Of a DNA stretch of 64,000 nucleotides, positions 1 to 12,858 are shown piece by piece. The DNA lies in contig RSEE01000002.1 in the NCBI GenBank assembly GCA_003971905.1, positions 1,178,001 to 1,242,000 on the forward strand. Direction: 5' to 3'. Within the stretch, counting starts at the first letter, position 1, and each line of letters opens with the position of its first letter. The DNA is from Moniliella sp. 'wahieum'. Its lineage: Eukaryota. A program made the position numbers and the translations under genes. The notes under the pieces were generated by a model. That model was not told the origin of the DNA, made no database searches, and saw only the letters and a list, made by a program, of their open reading frames with translations.

Positions 1-1653
1 CCGTCCTAAGGACGTGGGCAAGTTCAAAGCCGAGACAGCGGCGGCGGCTGTGATCGAGATGAACCCAGATCTCAAGGGGAAAATTCAAGCGAGCGAGGAG
101 GGGTGGGGCCTGAATCGGAGGATGTATATGGGATAATGAGGGATGAGTTCTTTGCCCGTTGACGGGAGTGACGAATGCTTGGACAATGTCCAGGCGCGGC
201 AACATGGACCGTCGGGTGTGTACTACCAGAAACCGCTTCTTGATCGGGCACGTTGGGTACTCAAACTAACACTCAAGTTGTTGTTCCCCATTTGACGGAA
301 AGCTACTCCTCTTCGCAAGACCCGCCTGAGAAGTCTATCCCCATGTGTACCCTCAAGAACTTCCCCAACGCCATTGAACACACGATTGCTTGGGCGCGGG
401 AGAAGTTTGACGAGTTCTTTGTCAAGCCTGCGCAGAACGTGAACCAGTACCTCACGACACCAGACTATGTTAATTCGACCCTTCTTCACTCGGGCAGCGT
501 GATCAGCCAGAAGGAGCAAATTCCCAAATTAAGGCTTTCCTTGTGGACGAGAAGCCCATTTCGTTCGCAGCGTGCGTCAAGTGGGCCGGTTCAAGTTTGA
601 GGAGGATTATGCCAACACGATCAAGCAGCTTCTCTATTCTCTTCCCCCTGACGCTCGGACTAGCACGGGCCAATTGTTCTGGTCGGGCCCCAAACGTGCC
701 CCCAAGGCACTCCAGTTTGATCCGAACAATGATCTTCACATTGGCTACGTGATCGCCGCAGCCAATCTCCACGCAGAGAATTATGGCCTCAAGGGAGAGA
801 GGAACCCCGAGGGTTCAAGCGCATCTTGGCTGACGTGCATGTCCCCGCGTTTGAGCCAAAGAGCAACGTCAAGGTCCAGACGAGTGACAATGATCCGGCC
901 CCGTCAGCAGGGGGACGGGAGAGGATCCGACAGAAGAGGAGATTGTTGAAATCGCTATCCAACTTCCCTCTTCCGCTTCTTTGGCCGGCTACCGCCTGAC
1001 CCCCGCCGACTTTGAGAAGGATGTGGATGAGAACTTCCATATTGACTTCATCGCTGCAGCGGCCAATCTACGCGCCGAAAACTACAGTATCCCGATCGCA
1101 GACCGGCTCAAGATCAAGGGGATTGCTGGCAAGATCATCCCGGCTCTGATCACGAGCACCAGTGTAGCGTCGGGTCTGGTGTCGGTGGAGCTGTACAAGT
1201 TGATTGATGATGGGGTCGCTGATGATTCCTCGGACCCGCGCAAGCGCCGCCGTACCATTGAGGACTACAAGAACACGTTTGTCAACTTGGCCTTGCCCTT
1301 TGTCGCTTCCTCAGAGCCGATTGCGCCACCAAAGAACAAGTATTACGACAATGAGTGGACGCTGTGGGATCGGTTCACCATTCCCGGTAATCCTACCCTT
1401 CAACAGCTGATTGATGACTTTGAGAAGAAGGAGAAATTGGAGATCTCGATGGTGTCGTCGGGTGTGTCAATGCTGTTCTCTCCCTTTGCCAAGGACCGCA
1501 AAGAGCGGTTAGGGATGACGATGCGGCAGCTCATTGAGCACGTGTGAAGAAGCCCATCCCGCCTCACGTCCATTGGGTGGTTGTGGAGGTGATGGCCGAC
1601 GATGAGAATGGGGAGGACGTGGAGATCCCTTTCTGAATGTCCAAGTGGTGTAA
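1..1653 (+). CDS. UBA1: Ubiquitin-activating enzyme E1, C-terminal part (5' truncated by the window; several frameshifts)
   Basis: Stitched frames give [32 protein letters not shown] (catalytic Cys), [52 protein letters not shown] and a ubiquitin-fold C-terminus ending ...GEDVEIP, with TAA at 1651-1653. Confidence 0.96.
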
Positions 1654-1836
1654 GATTGGGGGATGTGTGGTTTGAATCAATCACTCCTTTGAGTTTGATC
1701 ATTCTGATGCCAGGGGCTCCGTACTCCGTTCAGATCGTTCAGACACCTGTGGCGTTCGATGTGTCGGAGTTGGAGTGCAATTGGCTTGGCAGGAGCGACA
1801 GCGTTGACGCTTGGCGTGACGTGTGGTGACACGCTC

Positions 1837-1950
1837 TTGAAGCTTGAGACTTGAGAAGCTTGAAGCTTGAGATCTCTGATAGGTGATTCTGGGATCTGAG
1901 ATCTTGAGATGATCAATCAGATTCAGAGGATCGATGAGATGATCAAATTT
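1837..1950. repeat. Cluster of 7-bp palindrome-core repeats (AAGCTTG, AGATCT, ATCGAT)
   Basis: gaagcttgaagcttgagatct at 1855-1875, followed by gatctgagatcttgagatgatc and gatcgatgagatgatc. Confidence 0.8.
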
Positions 1951-2237
1951 CAAACCTCGTATAGCAATCGTCTGTGGGAATGCAGGGCGCTCTGGGCCAG
2001 TGTTTGGCTGAACGGGGAACGTCGGCCGATGAGCTTCTCAGCGGTCAGCGCGCCAGCCTTGAAGAACCAGCGAGTCAAGGCACTGGAGAGGCTTTCCTTT
2101 ATCGTGCGCGTGTATTTTGGAAAAGGGGATGCGTTGATGGCGTTTGTGTGTGGGGATGTCTGTCAATGGCATGTGTGATACGTGGTGGCAGACTCGATGA
2201 CACGATGATGTTTTGAGACAGGCAGCGACAATATGAT

Positions 2238-2281
2238 CATCATGCATCATGCATCATGCATCATGCATCATGCATCATGCA
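2238..2281. repeat. (ATGCATC)n heptamer microsatellite, about 6 copies
   Basis: catcatgcatcatgcatcatgcatcatgcatcatgcatcatgca read directly. Confidence 0.95.
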
Positions 2282-2726
2282 GTATCCGTCAATTCAACAA
2301 CTCTAGATGACTATAGATGTGGATCTGTCCATGTAATTCCATCATGATAAGCGTGCCTGGCCGGGTCGGTTACATTGGCCAAGGCGCCTTAGGCAGTAGG
2401 CCTTGTTGATTATCACCATTTTCCCCTTATTTGTCCAATTTGGCCTCCAAAGCCTCAGGCCTCACGCCTATACTCCGTCGGCTTGTTCCAACACCACAGT
2501 CTCCTCTAGGGGCAAAAGGCTTTAGGCCTTGACAGCCCTCACCGCGATTGCATTGCCCTCTACATTTCCAGAGGTTCTCCACCGAAATCCTTGGGTCCCT
2601 ACGGTCGTAGAGCATTTTTTTTGGCGCGCACACCCTTTGCACGGTATTACGAACTCGTCTTGCTGTGTTGTGCGCGCAATATCTGTTCCACTCTCCAGCC
2701 AAAGAAAAACAGCATTGCAATATCAA

Positions 2727-2828
2727 CCCTGGCGCAATTGGGGGTCCATTGAAATTCTCAGATCTCAGATCTCAGAACCCCTGGCGCAATTGGGGGTCCA
2801 TTGAAATTCTCAGATCTCAGATCTCAGA
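2727..2828. repeat. 50-bp perfect direct tandem duplication (period 52) ending in (AGATCTC)n
   Basis: ccctggcgcaattgggggtccattgaaattctcagatctcagatctcaga occurs at 2727-2776 and 2779-2828. Confidence 0.95.
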
Positions 2829-3960
2829 GCCTCTGGGGACCCTGCTCGCGAGGATCGGTCGCATGTGCATCACAATGCACAACCGATGACATTTTCTGTG
2901 GTGTGGTGTTTATTACGTGTACGTGTGCATACGCGTTACGCGCTTAACTACACTGTGATTACGCGTTTTCATCAAATGGCGCTGATGCAGGTCATCAGTC
3001 CTAACCAGCAACCCTAGTCCCACGAGGGACTACACACACGTGTGGCTGTTGTGAGGACTTTTGTAGGCATTGGGGTGGCTTGTGGGCTATACGACCTTCA
3101 CGGGCGCGTTGACTGTTCTCAAGTTTTTGGGCTATCCAGTTGTTTCATCGTTGATTTCCTCAACTCTCTGACTTTGGGGTGGAGGCACCGCGGTTATACC
3201 ATCCTTAGTTGGGGTCGCGCAACAAAACGCGCATTTTCCCACACCACACACAATGGGGTTGTCATTTGGGAGGCACACATATCTGGCACCCGCGGCGGGG
3301 TTAAACAATACATTTATGCGGCTCTCCTTGAAGACGCTTTTCAAGCTTCAAGCTTCAACGCTTCGAGGACGTCTTCGATCTCTCCAAAGGGCCCCACCCT
3401 CTGGTATCCTGGGAGTACTGATTACACACTGAGTTCAATACTGAGTATAGACTTTTTGACTATGCTGCCACCCACAACACCCGTCCGTGTCATTGAAAAA
3501 CCATGGAATGCCCCTCTGCGGTGTTGCCCTTCACACGGTAAAGATGAACTGGGCTTGAGCTTGAACTACGTTTGAACCTCGAACCAGTGGGTCTTCCAGG
3601 TCTTCCCCGCCGAGCTGCAGGGTGGCAGCCTGTGGTTTGTTGCCACAGGCTGCCGCTGACCAGGGCGGAGGCCCGACCTCGTGCATATATATAGCCACCC
3701 ACAGCCCTCCCTGGTCTGAAACCTGCCCTGTTCACTACTGAGTAACTGAGTATTCAACTGAATACTGGCTGCATGACGTGCCACTGCGTACACTCAGTAG
3801 TCACTACCAGCGCTCCCTCCCCGCACGGGCAGCCCCACACGCCCATGCCCAATCGGGATCTCTTACTCCACATCACACATGCATCACAGTTCTGCTAGAA
3901 TGGCCTCATCTTTTCTCCACGGTTTTGCCACAAGCAGACCATGCACAGGTTATGCATTAC

Positions 3961-4039
3961 GCTGGCCGTGTAGGTCATGCTGGTCGTGTACGTCTTGCTG
4001 ATCGTGTACGTCATGATGGTCGTGTAGGTCATGCTAGTC
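3961..4039. repeat. 18-bp minisatellite, 4+ degenerate copies
   Basis: gctggccgtgtaggtcat / gctggtcgtgtacgtctt / gctgatcgtgtacgtcat / gatggtcgtgtaggtcat / gctagtc. Confidence 0.9.
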
Positions 4040-6643
4040 ACTAGTCACATGACGCAGGTCATGCATGTCATGCAGGTCGGCCATGCTTGTCATGCCGGTC
4101 ATGCACACACGGCACTGATCTCAAGCGTATATCTAGGAGGGTGTGCTATATGCACTCTCGGCCAATGAGATCGATGACCTCTCTGACTGTGTGGCTTTCA
4201 GAGCGTCTCTGTGGGACCATTGATACGTTGTCGCGTTGTCCCCGTTGTACCTAGTTTATGATACGTTGTTGTTGAGACACACACACGAAGGACTTGAAGC
4301 TTGAAGCTTGAAGTCGATGAGACATGGACCTTAGATCTCATCTGGCACGGAACCGGGTAACGGACTTTTTGGCTCTTCCAGGCTCTCTGTCTTGGATCTT
4401 GCACCTCTTTCTCCCGACACTATCCAAACCAACTGCTAAGTGAGCCTATTGGCCACGGCTCCTTGGTTTTCCCATCCATCCATGCATCCCGGGACGCTGA
4501 CGCTGACCACGGCTCACACATCGCATCGAGTGGCGCAGTGCGAGGTGAGAGGAAGTTCACTAAGGCCTGAGGAAGGCAGATACGCGATAGATGCACTACT
4601 GCGTATTAGATACCGCGGCGGCTATTATGCTCTCGCCGAGCGCTGACGCGTCACCGTGGCGCCGCGGCCCGAGAAAGAGATTGAAAGCTCAATGCACTGT
4701 TCCATTTGAAGCTTGGAGCTTCAAAGAGCGCATCATGCATCACCTACTTCAAGAGCTCCAAGCTTCAAGCCTTCAGAAGGCTTTGCATGTTACAGTTCGT
4801 GGCCTGGCGCCGCACCCAAAAGCCCATCGGGTTTAGGTCGGGCAGCCGAGTTGCCGTCTGGCGCCTTCCTCGGTAAATCGGCGTTAGGCACCATATACAC
4901 GCGCTCGGTTTTAATAGAGCGCGTTTCTTTTTTCCCACCCTTAAAAGCTTTGTAAATGCAATGACCACAGCATATGATTAGCTAGTACGGTACTAAAACG
5001 CCATCTATTCGGTTCTCGTGGTGGATGAACGAGTCTGTTGGTCGAAGTGGTTCTCGTGTGCCCCTGCCTAATCGTAATCAGAGCTACAGATTTGAGTCGA
5101 GTTCGACGCGTTCGGAGGTATCTGGTCAAGATTCGCAATGTTTAATGGCGTGTCACTAGTCACTGGCAAGGAGAAGGATATCGCATCGCACCTGGCGGGT
5201 TTGAAACAAACGAGGTGTGGACTGCGTGGAGAGCTGGTCTCGGTTTTAATACCAACTACGACATTCGTGATCGATGGCAAAGACACACGCATCCTATTTC
5301 TCCTTGTTGGGAAGCGAGGAGTGGCATGTGGCGTTTAATTTTCCCGGGGAACTGCATAATGCGGGATGGTGAAGAATCATTTCCATGATATGCAGACGGT
5401 GCATAATTCCCGCCTGGTATCCGTGAGATGCATTTGGCGTATTTGACGGAGCGGGCGTGTCAATGGAAGGCAGTGTCAGCCATTGGGTTCTTCACGATGG
5501 CGCGGTGCACCGCGCTCGCGTGGCTGATGTTGGTCTCATTTCGAAAACAGCAGTCAGTAATGTCCAACGGTCCATGTCAAAAATGTCAACGAGCAGAAAA
5601 ATCAGAGGCAGGCCCGAGGCCTTCCAAACTCTACAACTGGGTCACCAGTCACCGGTCAGGGGCACGGGGCGACCGCAGCCATCCTGCTCTCATCTACCTG
5701 GCTGCCCCCTGCCGTCCGTGGGTTCCCCGGCCGGGATGTCAGCGGCAATGCCCAGCTCTTGCTCGCGGGCCGGGGGCATGGCCCACACGATGTGTGATGA
5801 CATGAACATGTGACGCGACTTTGGCCGAGGCCGTTCGTTCGTCACGCCGATGACCGAGAGCATCATGATCGATGATCGAGGATGGATGATCGATGACCGC
5901 GATGGCCACAGTGTTCGGCGTTCGAGGGCGGAGGACCGGTGCGTGTCCTGCCAGAGTCGCGAGCACGGCCGCGTGATGCGGGACGCGTGCCCAGATGGCC
6001 TCTTCGGTGACCGGTGACCAGTGACCGGATGATCGAAATGATCGGAGCAGCAGAGACGCATGACGCTCACCGGTGGGGCCGGTCAGGCTGACCGAGAACC
6101 AATGACCAATCAGTCATCACATTTGCCTCCTCCGAATCAGCGGTTGTGCATCACGCATGGGGCGCCTGATCCCGGTCAGGCGTCGTCTGTCGGCTGCCCA
6201 GGACACGCTGGGGCCTGACTGGTCCCGTGCCCCGCCGCCGGGTGGTCCACGGAGAGCGCGTGTGTGCCGGCCATATTTGGTGCTAACGAGGATAAGCTAC
6301 TCCCACGGGGTAGAAAACTGCATATATCGCAGCCCGCCCCACCCTCCCAGCCGCCGGCCGCCCCCACCTCCTGCCTCCCGTTCTGCTTCCCAGACGCTCC
6401 ACGAGAATTTCGTCGGGCCTGTGCTCATTGGATTGTCTCGCTTCCCTCCCTCTACACCCCTTCATCCGTGTCGCCCTCGCCCTCGCCCTCGCCCGCGCTA
6501 TTAGGCCATGTCTTGTTCCCCGTCCGTGCGCGCCACCCGCCGTCTCTGGCCCATCTCTCCACTCAACTTCACTCTGCCTCCAGCAGCTCCGACAGTCTAT
6601 CCACACCTGACACCCTTGCCAACGCATCCACTCCCCCACCTCG

Positions 6644-7745
6644 ATGGGCTGGCTCTCACCCCTCTCGGACCGCCTGCCGAATAAGGACCAGATTGGCTAC
6701 GCCTCGCCGCACTCCACCCCCGGCCTGTCCAGCTCCACTAGCCTGAGCAACATGAGCCCCGATTTGTTTGCCACGCTGCCCGACAACATGTCCCCGTCGC
6801 TCGGGGATGAAACATACATGCAAGCACCGACGACCACTTCGTCTTTCAACCCTTTCCTCCAATCCAACACCTCTTTCCTGCCCACCCCAACCAACCTTCC
6901 TCAGAATACCAATGCAAGCATGTTTGATTTACTGTTTGCCTATAATTCCGCCGTTCCATCAGTTGCTTTTCCCTCCGTGTCGATCAACTCTCCCCTGCCC
7001 TCGGCTTCGGCGAGTCGTGCGCTGCACCCCTTCGGCCTTTACCGTACCGCCCCTTTCGAGCAGTTGCTTCTCCCCGCTTACCGGTACAGCATTGAGCGAG
7101 TTGGCTGCTGTACGTTCTTGAGTGTCGTCTAGTGTTGTACACGACACGAAGCTGACCCTTTCTTTAGCCCTGGCAAGAGACGGTGGATGAATCTTCGGTT
7201 ACCACCATGACCCCTACCGGTGCCCTTCCCAGGCACATCGGACAATGCCTCCGTCTCAACCCTGAATCTCATCGAATCGCCTACGCAGGAGGAGGGGCTA
7301 GAGCCTTCTCTCTGTGAGAGTGGAGAGGATGCGACGGTCACGGCGGCGACGCCGAGCTTGACCGAGGGCAAATCGATTGCGCCCAGTAGTCCTGGCTCTA
7401 CAGGGGCGTACAAGGAGCGCAGCAACGAGCAAGGCAGCTGGGCTTGTCACGGCACGACGGAGCAAGGTGCGGCGTTCGCCCCCTCGGAGACGGAACCAGG
7501 ACGCACGCTTCCCATGCCCCAAGTGTGGCAAGGTGTTTACCCGCAACTACAACCGCCTGGCACATGAGACGGTCCATGAGCCCGACCATCCGCGGCCATT
7601 TGTTTGTCCCGATGCGTCGTGCCACAAGGCATTCGCACGCAAGTACGATGCCCGCAGACACTACCGTCTCCATATCATCCGTGAGGGTGCGCCTACGGAC
7701 TGGGTGGAACGGATCGTGGATGTCCGCCGCACAGCGAAGCCTTAA
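6644..7745 (+). CDS. C2H2 zinc-finger transcription factor (2 fingers), one intron 7110-7167
   Basis: S/P/T-rich N-terminus (MGWLSPLSD...), intron GTACGT...GCTGAC...TTTAG, and C-terminal FPCPKCGKVFTRNYNRLAHETVH and PFVCPDASCHKAFARKYDARRHYRLH. Frameshifts lie between the parts. Confidence 0.88.
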
Positions 7746-8528
7746 GCCCGCCTCCTTGCTTTACCCATCTGGCTGCACCCCAATGCTCGCCAGGCTTATC
7801 TAGGTTTGTCATACAGTCGTGTTGTCCATGGCAAGCGCGAGGCCCAACCCTGTTTGTCCACTATTCCGCTATTCTCGTTGCCGTTGGTTGGAGCCTCACG
7901 GACTCGGGTCTGCGACGCAATTCCCCATGCATGCGCATCGTTTTGGGCACGGTCGCGCAATGAAGGGTGGAGGGAGCCGGCGGTCAGGCTGAAGCTGGTC
8001 CAACTGGTCAAGCGTCTAGGTTGTCAAAGAGCATCATAAACACGATATCTCTGAAGCCCCTTTCGATGCGTGCTGCGCCTGCCACCCTATGTCATGTGGA
8101 TCACCTCGTACCAAGCCGTTTGCTTTGGGTCCTCATCGATCATCGTTGGTCGGACTCTTTCCATTCCAACTAATAAGGCCAACCTTCCAGGGAACAAGGG
8201 AAGACCTGAGGCCAGATACCTGATACACTGATAGGATGGCTCCAGTTGTCCGCGTCACGAAAACGAACGAACCCGAGGAGACCTGTGTGGTCTCAATTCA
8301 AATTGTTCCCAGATCGATGATCTTGTACTTTTAGTGCTTCTTTGCCTACGACTAGATGCGTCTTCTCCACTTCTGATTTGATCCTGAGGCCTGATCGATT
8401 GATCCAAGTAGTTAGATAGATGCTGCTGGTTTGTTAGCCTCGGCGTTGCCGTTGTGGCTTAGTGCACCCCTTTCCATTCATCTTCGTGCGCCTCTTTTGG
8501 GCAATGTTGGCCTCAATGCTATTGAGCA

Positions 8529-8936
8529 TCAAGCTTCAAGCTTCAAACAGTATGACATGTGACCTGTGACATGTGACATGGGACACGTGACAGGGGCGCC
8601 AAGCATGCATATTGAGCACTGAGTCTCAGTACTTTTGTGCTTCCTGCCACCGGGATCAGCAGGCCTGAGCGCCTGAGCCAAGCCCTCCGGCCTCAGGCTG
8701 AGGTACCAGCCTGTTGCTTGTCCCAGCGTGGGGCCTGTATATACACGTTGAACGTGACGCGTGAGCGTGAACTTTGAACTTGAACTGAACGTTGAATTGA
8801 ACCATTTGCTTTGGATTTGCAAGGCTTAGGATCTAAGATCTAACCCAGGTATAGGTCCGCACACTGATTTGGCATTAGTGCATTACGCGTTACGCGTTAC
8901 GCCTCAGGCACCTGTCTCGGCGCCAAGCTTGGCGCC
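8529..8936. repeat. Dense cluster of palindrome-core heptamer arrays plus an 18-bp perfect palindrome
   Basis: (AAGCTTC)2 at 8529; TGA-CATG-TGA-CCTG-TGA-CATG-TGA-CATG at 8553-8580; AGGCCT-type units at 8660-8700; AACGTT-type units at 8745-8800; TTA-CGCG-TTA-CGCG-TTA at 8883; ggcgccaagcttggcgcc at 8919-8936. Confidence 0.85.
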
Positions 8937-10201
8937 AGGCGGGGCAACGGGCTCGTTGCTTCCCGCGGTACGCGGTGAGTCAGCTGGTCAGCCAACGCAT
9001 GTCATCGTGTCGTTGAGAGGTGTCATCGACGTCAGCGTCATTGATCATCTCAATCATCGGACCGACATGTATCATGACTAGTGACTCATGCAACTCACAC
9101 CATCAATATTCAATCGAATCAATCATGGACCATCCTCGTCGCCCTGTCGGCCACATGCAGAGAGAGAAGAGGCGGGGGCATGATCGATAATCGATACCAT
9201 GTAACAGCCAATCACGCTGCCAACCTGAGAGCTTCGCAGTCGACCCAACCAGCCGTCTCACGAATTTATATATCCCCCCATGCCCCGCCACCTCTGCTCT
9301 GCGACTGTCTTCTCTATTGCATCATGCATCATCCTTCAACTTTCAAGCCCACCCATCAAAGATCGACGTGTGCCGTATACTTAACCTGCCTCTCACGTGT
9401 GTGACCTGCGATACACAACAGTGTGAGGGGGAGAGAAGAGAGGCCAGGGCGTACAAGCAGTTTTTGGGGGGTGGCTATTACGTACCGGCCAAAACACACT
9501 CCGACCACCACCTGTTTGTGCATTGTAAAAGGCCATCCAATGGAAGGAACACACTGACAAAAAAATTAGGCGCAAGTATACAATCTCCTGTTGTGAAATG
9601 TGTGCGGGATGGTCTACAGGGAGGTCACGTTTTCAGCCCTGGCGCAGGGACGCTTGCTATTCACGTTATGCTAAATGACACTACCAATCAGCCAAGGCGT
9701 CTCGCGGGTACTACCCAGTTCAGACATGATACGAAGAAAGGAGCGGACGTTTAATACTGTTTAGGCTGCTGCTGCTCCCATGCTGGGATAAAGGTAGGTG
9801 GTACTCTGGGAGACAGCATCCACAGAACAATCAATCACGCAAGCAAGGGGGCCATCCGTTGTTTGCCTCACACAATTAGAGCTCGACAAGCTATTTCGGG
9901 AGATACAGGTACGAGAATCAACAATCTTAAACAGACAGGTATATCACAGTGGTGAACGAGTCTAAACGCACGGTCGAGGCGTGTGAATGATAGGGTAGGG
10001 GCGAAAGGGAGTCAAGAAGAGAGGTAGGAACAAAAGGAACTGTCTTATGAGGCCTGAGGTTCAGGCTCAAGCCTGATCGATAATCACCTGTTGAAGAGGA
10101 AGCTAAATTACGGTGCAACGATCCATCCTTAACGCTTCCACGGGATTTCTTGCCCTTCGTCCGCCAGACCCAGACGGTTCTTTCCCTTTTGGATGAACGG
10201 C

Positions 10202-12858
10202 TTAGGCCGGTATATGTAGGCGGTGGACCAGCCGTGGAGAGGGGATGCCAGGTCCATGTTCACCCCCATGATCTTCCGGGCCGACTTTAGTGGCTCTTGC
10301 TTCCTGCCGTAGCGCAGCCATCGAAAACGGCGAGGAGAGCGACCGTATTAGGCTGCGTTTTCTCCACTTGAGGTGTGTGACCCTGTTTCCGATGAAGCCA
10401 CAGTCGTCCGTGGGACTAATAGAGTCTAAATCTGGATGAGATGAGGACGTCAAGCAAACCGAAACCACTGCCTCCTCTGGGTGCTTAGTGCTGGCGAGCA
10501 CATAGTCGGGATGGCCCTCTTCAACTCCATTCTTGGTCATATGAACGCGTTTCTCTCGGCAGGCGAAGTGTGCAGCCCGACTTGGCGTGCATCAATCACC
10601 GTAGCAGTAGGGGTAAATACGTGGCCCACGCGCGACTCGACAGGGAAAATAAGGGTGCCCTCCAGTCCGTCTGTTTGCACCGGGCTGGTGGAGGGCCCAA
10701 TCCCGTTTACCATCTTCGATGAGAGGCAGGCGCTAGTCTCTTTTTGCGGCCTAACCCGTCGTTCACAAGGAACCAACGTACTCTTCCCACCACTTCCTCT
10801 GGTACAACTGTTGAGCCGACAGAGTGGGTGAGTTTTCGTTGTTGGAGCTCTGCTCCGTTTCCGGAGACGTAGTGGTGTAAAAGACGTATCAGACCGACAG
10901 TAGCTTGGTAATAGCGGGTGGAATCCCGCCATTCGTATGACCAACAAAAGGGGCCACCGCCGTTGGCGAGTCAGCCGCTGGAGCAAAATGGATGGATCAC
11001 CGCACAGTAACGAAATGGCATTGGGCCCTGCCCCATTAGCAGGAAGAGAGTCTTTCTTATGTCATTAGAAGAAGGGACAAAGGTCGGTTCTGTTTCCACC
11101 ATGGGTAGTAGTGAGGTAACGGCCAAAGAGCTTGCTTTCGTCGCATGTGCGTGTGACAGAGGAAGCAGGGGCAAGATCGTTCCTGTGCCATTGCAGAAGT
11201 TAAAGGGGTGATGCTGCAACTGGCCTGAAGACGTGCCAGATACCTTCATCTTCGCCTCGTAAGGGCTGCATTTCGATCTGGTTGCCTGCTTTCGTCATCG
11301 TAGGGATTCAGAAAGGGGAGATGAGGGAATTGTATGACTTGGACTGGACCCGAGGAGGGAAATTCGTCGTTTCAACCTGCTCAGCAGGTTCGGTCTTGCT
11401 GTGTATATACCCCCAAATCCGATCATCTTTACACCCAAAGGTACGCGAGGTGTCCAGTCCGTACGGCTGCTTCCTTCAGTCAAATGAGGGGTAAGGGGGG
11501 GGCGCATTCATCCGGTTTTTTGATCCTTCCATTTCTACCATACTTGAAGGAAGAGTGGCAGGATTGTCCTCAAGTAGTGACGACCCCGCACGCCCAAAGG
11601 GACGATTCTGCTGAATTTTATCACCACCTTCTTCCCCCGTCTGCTTCGTGATGGACGACAAGGTAGGAGGAAAAGATTGCTCTTCTTGTGTTTGCTCGTT
11701 TTGGTTCTGTGTGCCCTCTGGACCAGAGGACGCTAGTGAAACCGTTGGGATCGACCCCTGCTGCAATTGCATCACACCCACAGGCAAGGGGGCTCCTTGG
11801 AGGTGACGGAAGCACCTGAATTGGGGCTGGAATCCGCAACCAAGGTGTCGGAGGGGAGCGATTGGAAGCTTTTTCTTCTTGCTTTGGAGGGTCAAACCCA
11901 TCTTGGCCACATATTCGGCCGCTCGTTCCTCTGTGAACTTTGCCGGGAAAGCAAGGGAAGATGAAAGAACATTTGTGGCCAACCCGCCCTACTGGGGTGG
12001 ACGCGTGGGAGCCTCACTCCGAGTGTGATCGCGCACAAGGCCTCCAGTGCACTATGAACCAACCGAGTGAGGAGCCCCGGCTTCTGGATGCCCTCTCCAT
12101 TCGGACTAGGAGGGTGAACGGGCTGTCTTCAGCTTGGGGCAGCATACGGTCGGAAGGAAATGCCAAGGCATACAACGGACCCGGACTTGCGAACCAGGCC
12201 ACCACCCATCCAAGAGGAGAATGGGCGCTTGCATGGCCCATGCGCGCCATGGCTGTGACCCTCCCTGGTCCAGTGGGATAGAGCGGGAGGCCAAGTAGCA
12301 GCCGGGACCTGCTCCGTCCAGCGGGTGAGCACCGCGCCGTGCTCGTTTTCATTTGCTACTGGGGTCAAGTGTAAGGTTACGACACCTGGTAATGCCCACT
12401 CAACAAAAGGGAACCACCGCGGCCGGAGAAGGTGAATGGCTTGCTGTTGTACCACAATTGGTCTGGTGCTGCTGATCAGTCTCAAGTTCAAGGATCATAC
12501 GAGTATTACGTTCCTAAGGGGTACATACTGATGGATGGTGTTGGGGGGGAAAGTGGTTTGTGCATCCTGCACTTGCCCCCGAAAAGAGCGAGCTGGATGT
12601 CGGCACCCGTAGCCGGAGAGGAGCGAAGGACGAGCATGTCATGATGGAGGAAAAAGCGACAGAGGAACGGAACGCATTGAGCTGACAGCAGTTTGGCTCA
12701 TAAAGAGTACGTTCGAGCCGTCTGAGAAAGAGTCGACTGCTTGGAGTGAAAAGCTGATGTCGGATGCGATGCGCACCTGGACTGTCTCGGTTGGGTTCAG
12801 GGCGGAGGTTGTCAATGGGAATGGCCGCACAGACGGATCCCCACAGGAGAGGGGGCAT
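10202..12858 (-). CDS. Hypothetical protein (fragmented by frameshifts), possibly a folded N-terminal domain followed by a long low-complexity tail
   Basis: Minus-strand TATA-like TATATATA near 12961-12968, a pyrimidine-rich leader, ATG at 12858, a candidate GTATGT intron at ~12469-12528 and a chain of abutting minus-strand ORFs down to ~10200. No family was securely recognised and the 3' end is uncertain. Confidence 0.35.

Noticed and set aside
2238..2828. Direct repeats that might suggest a CRISPR array
   Set aside because: The context is eukaryotic, the repeats are tandem without unique spacers, and there are no cas genes.
9317..9754. ORF containing LFVHCKRPSNGR, resembling a protein-tyrosine phosphatase P-loop
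   Set aside because: The spacing is CX6R rather than CX5R, no other PTP features are present, and there is no coding support.
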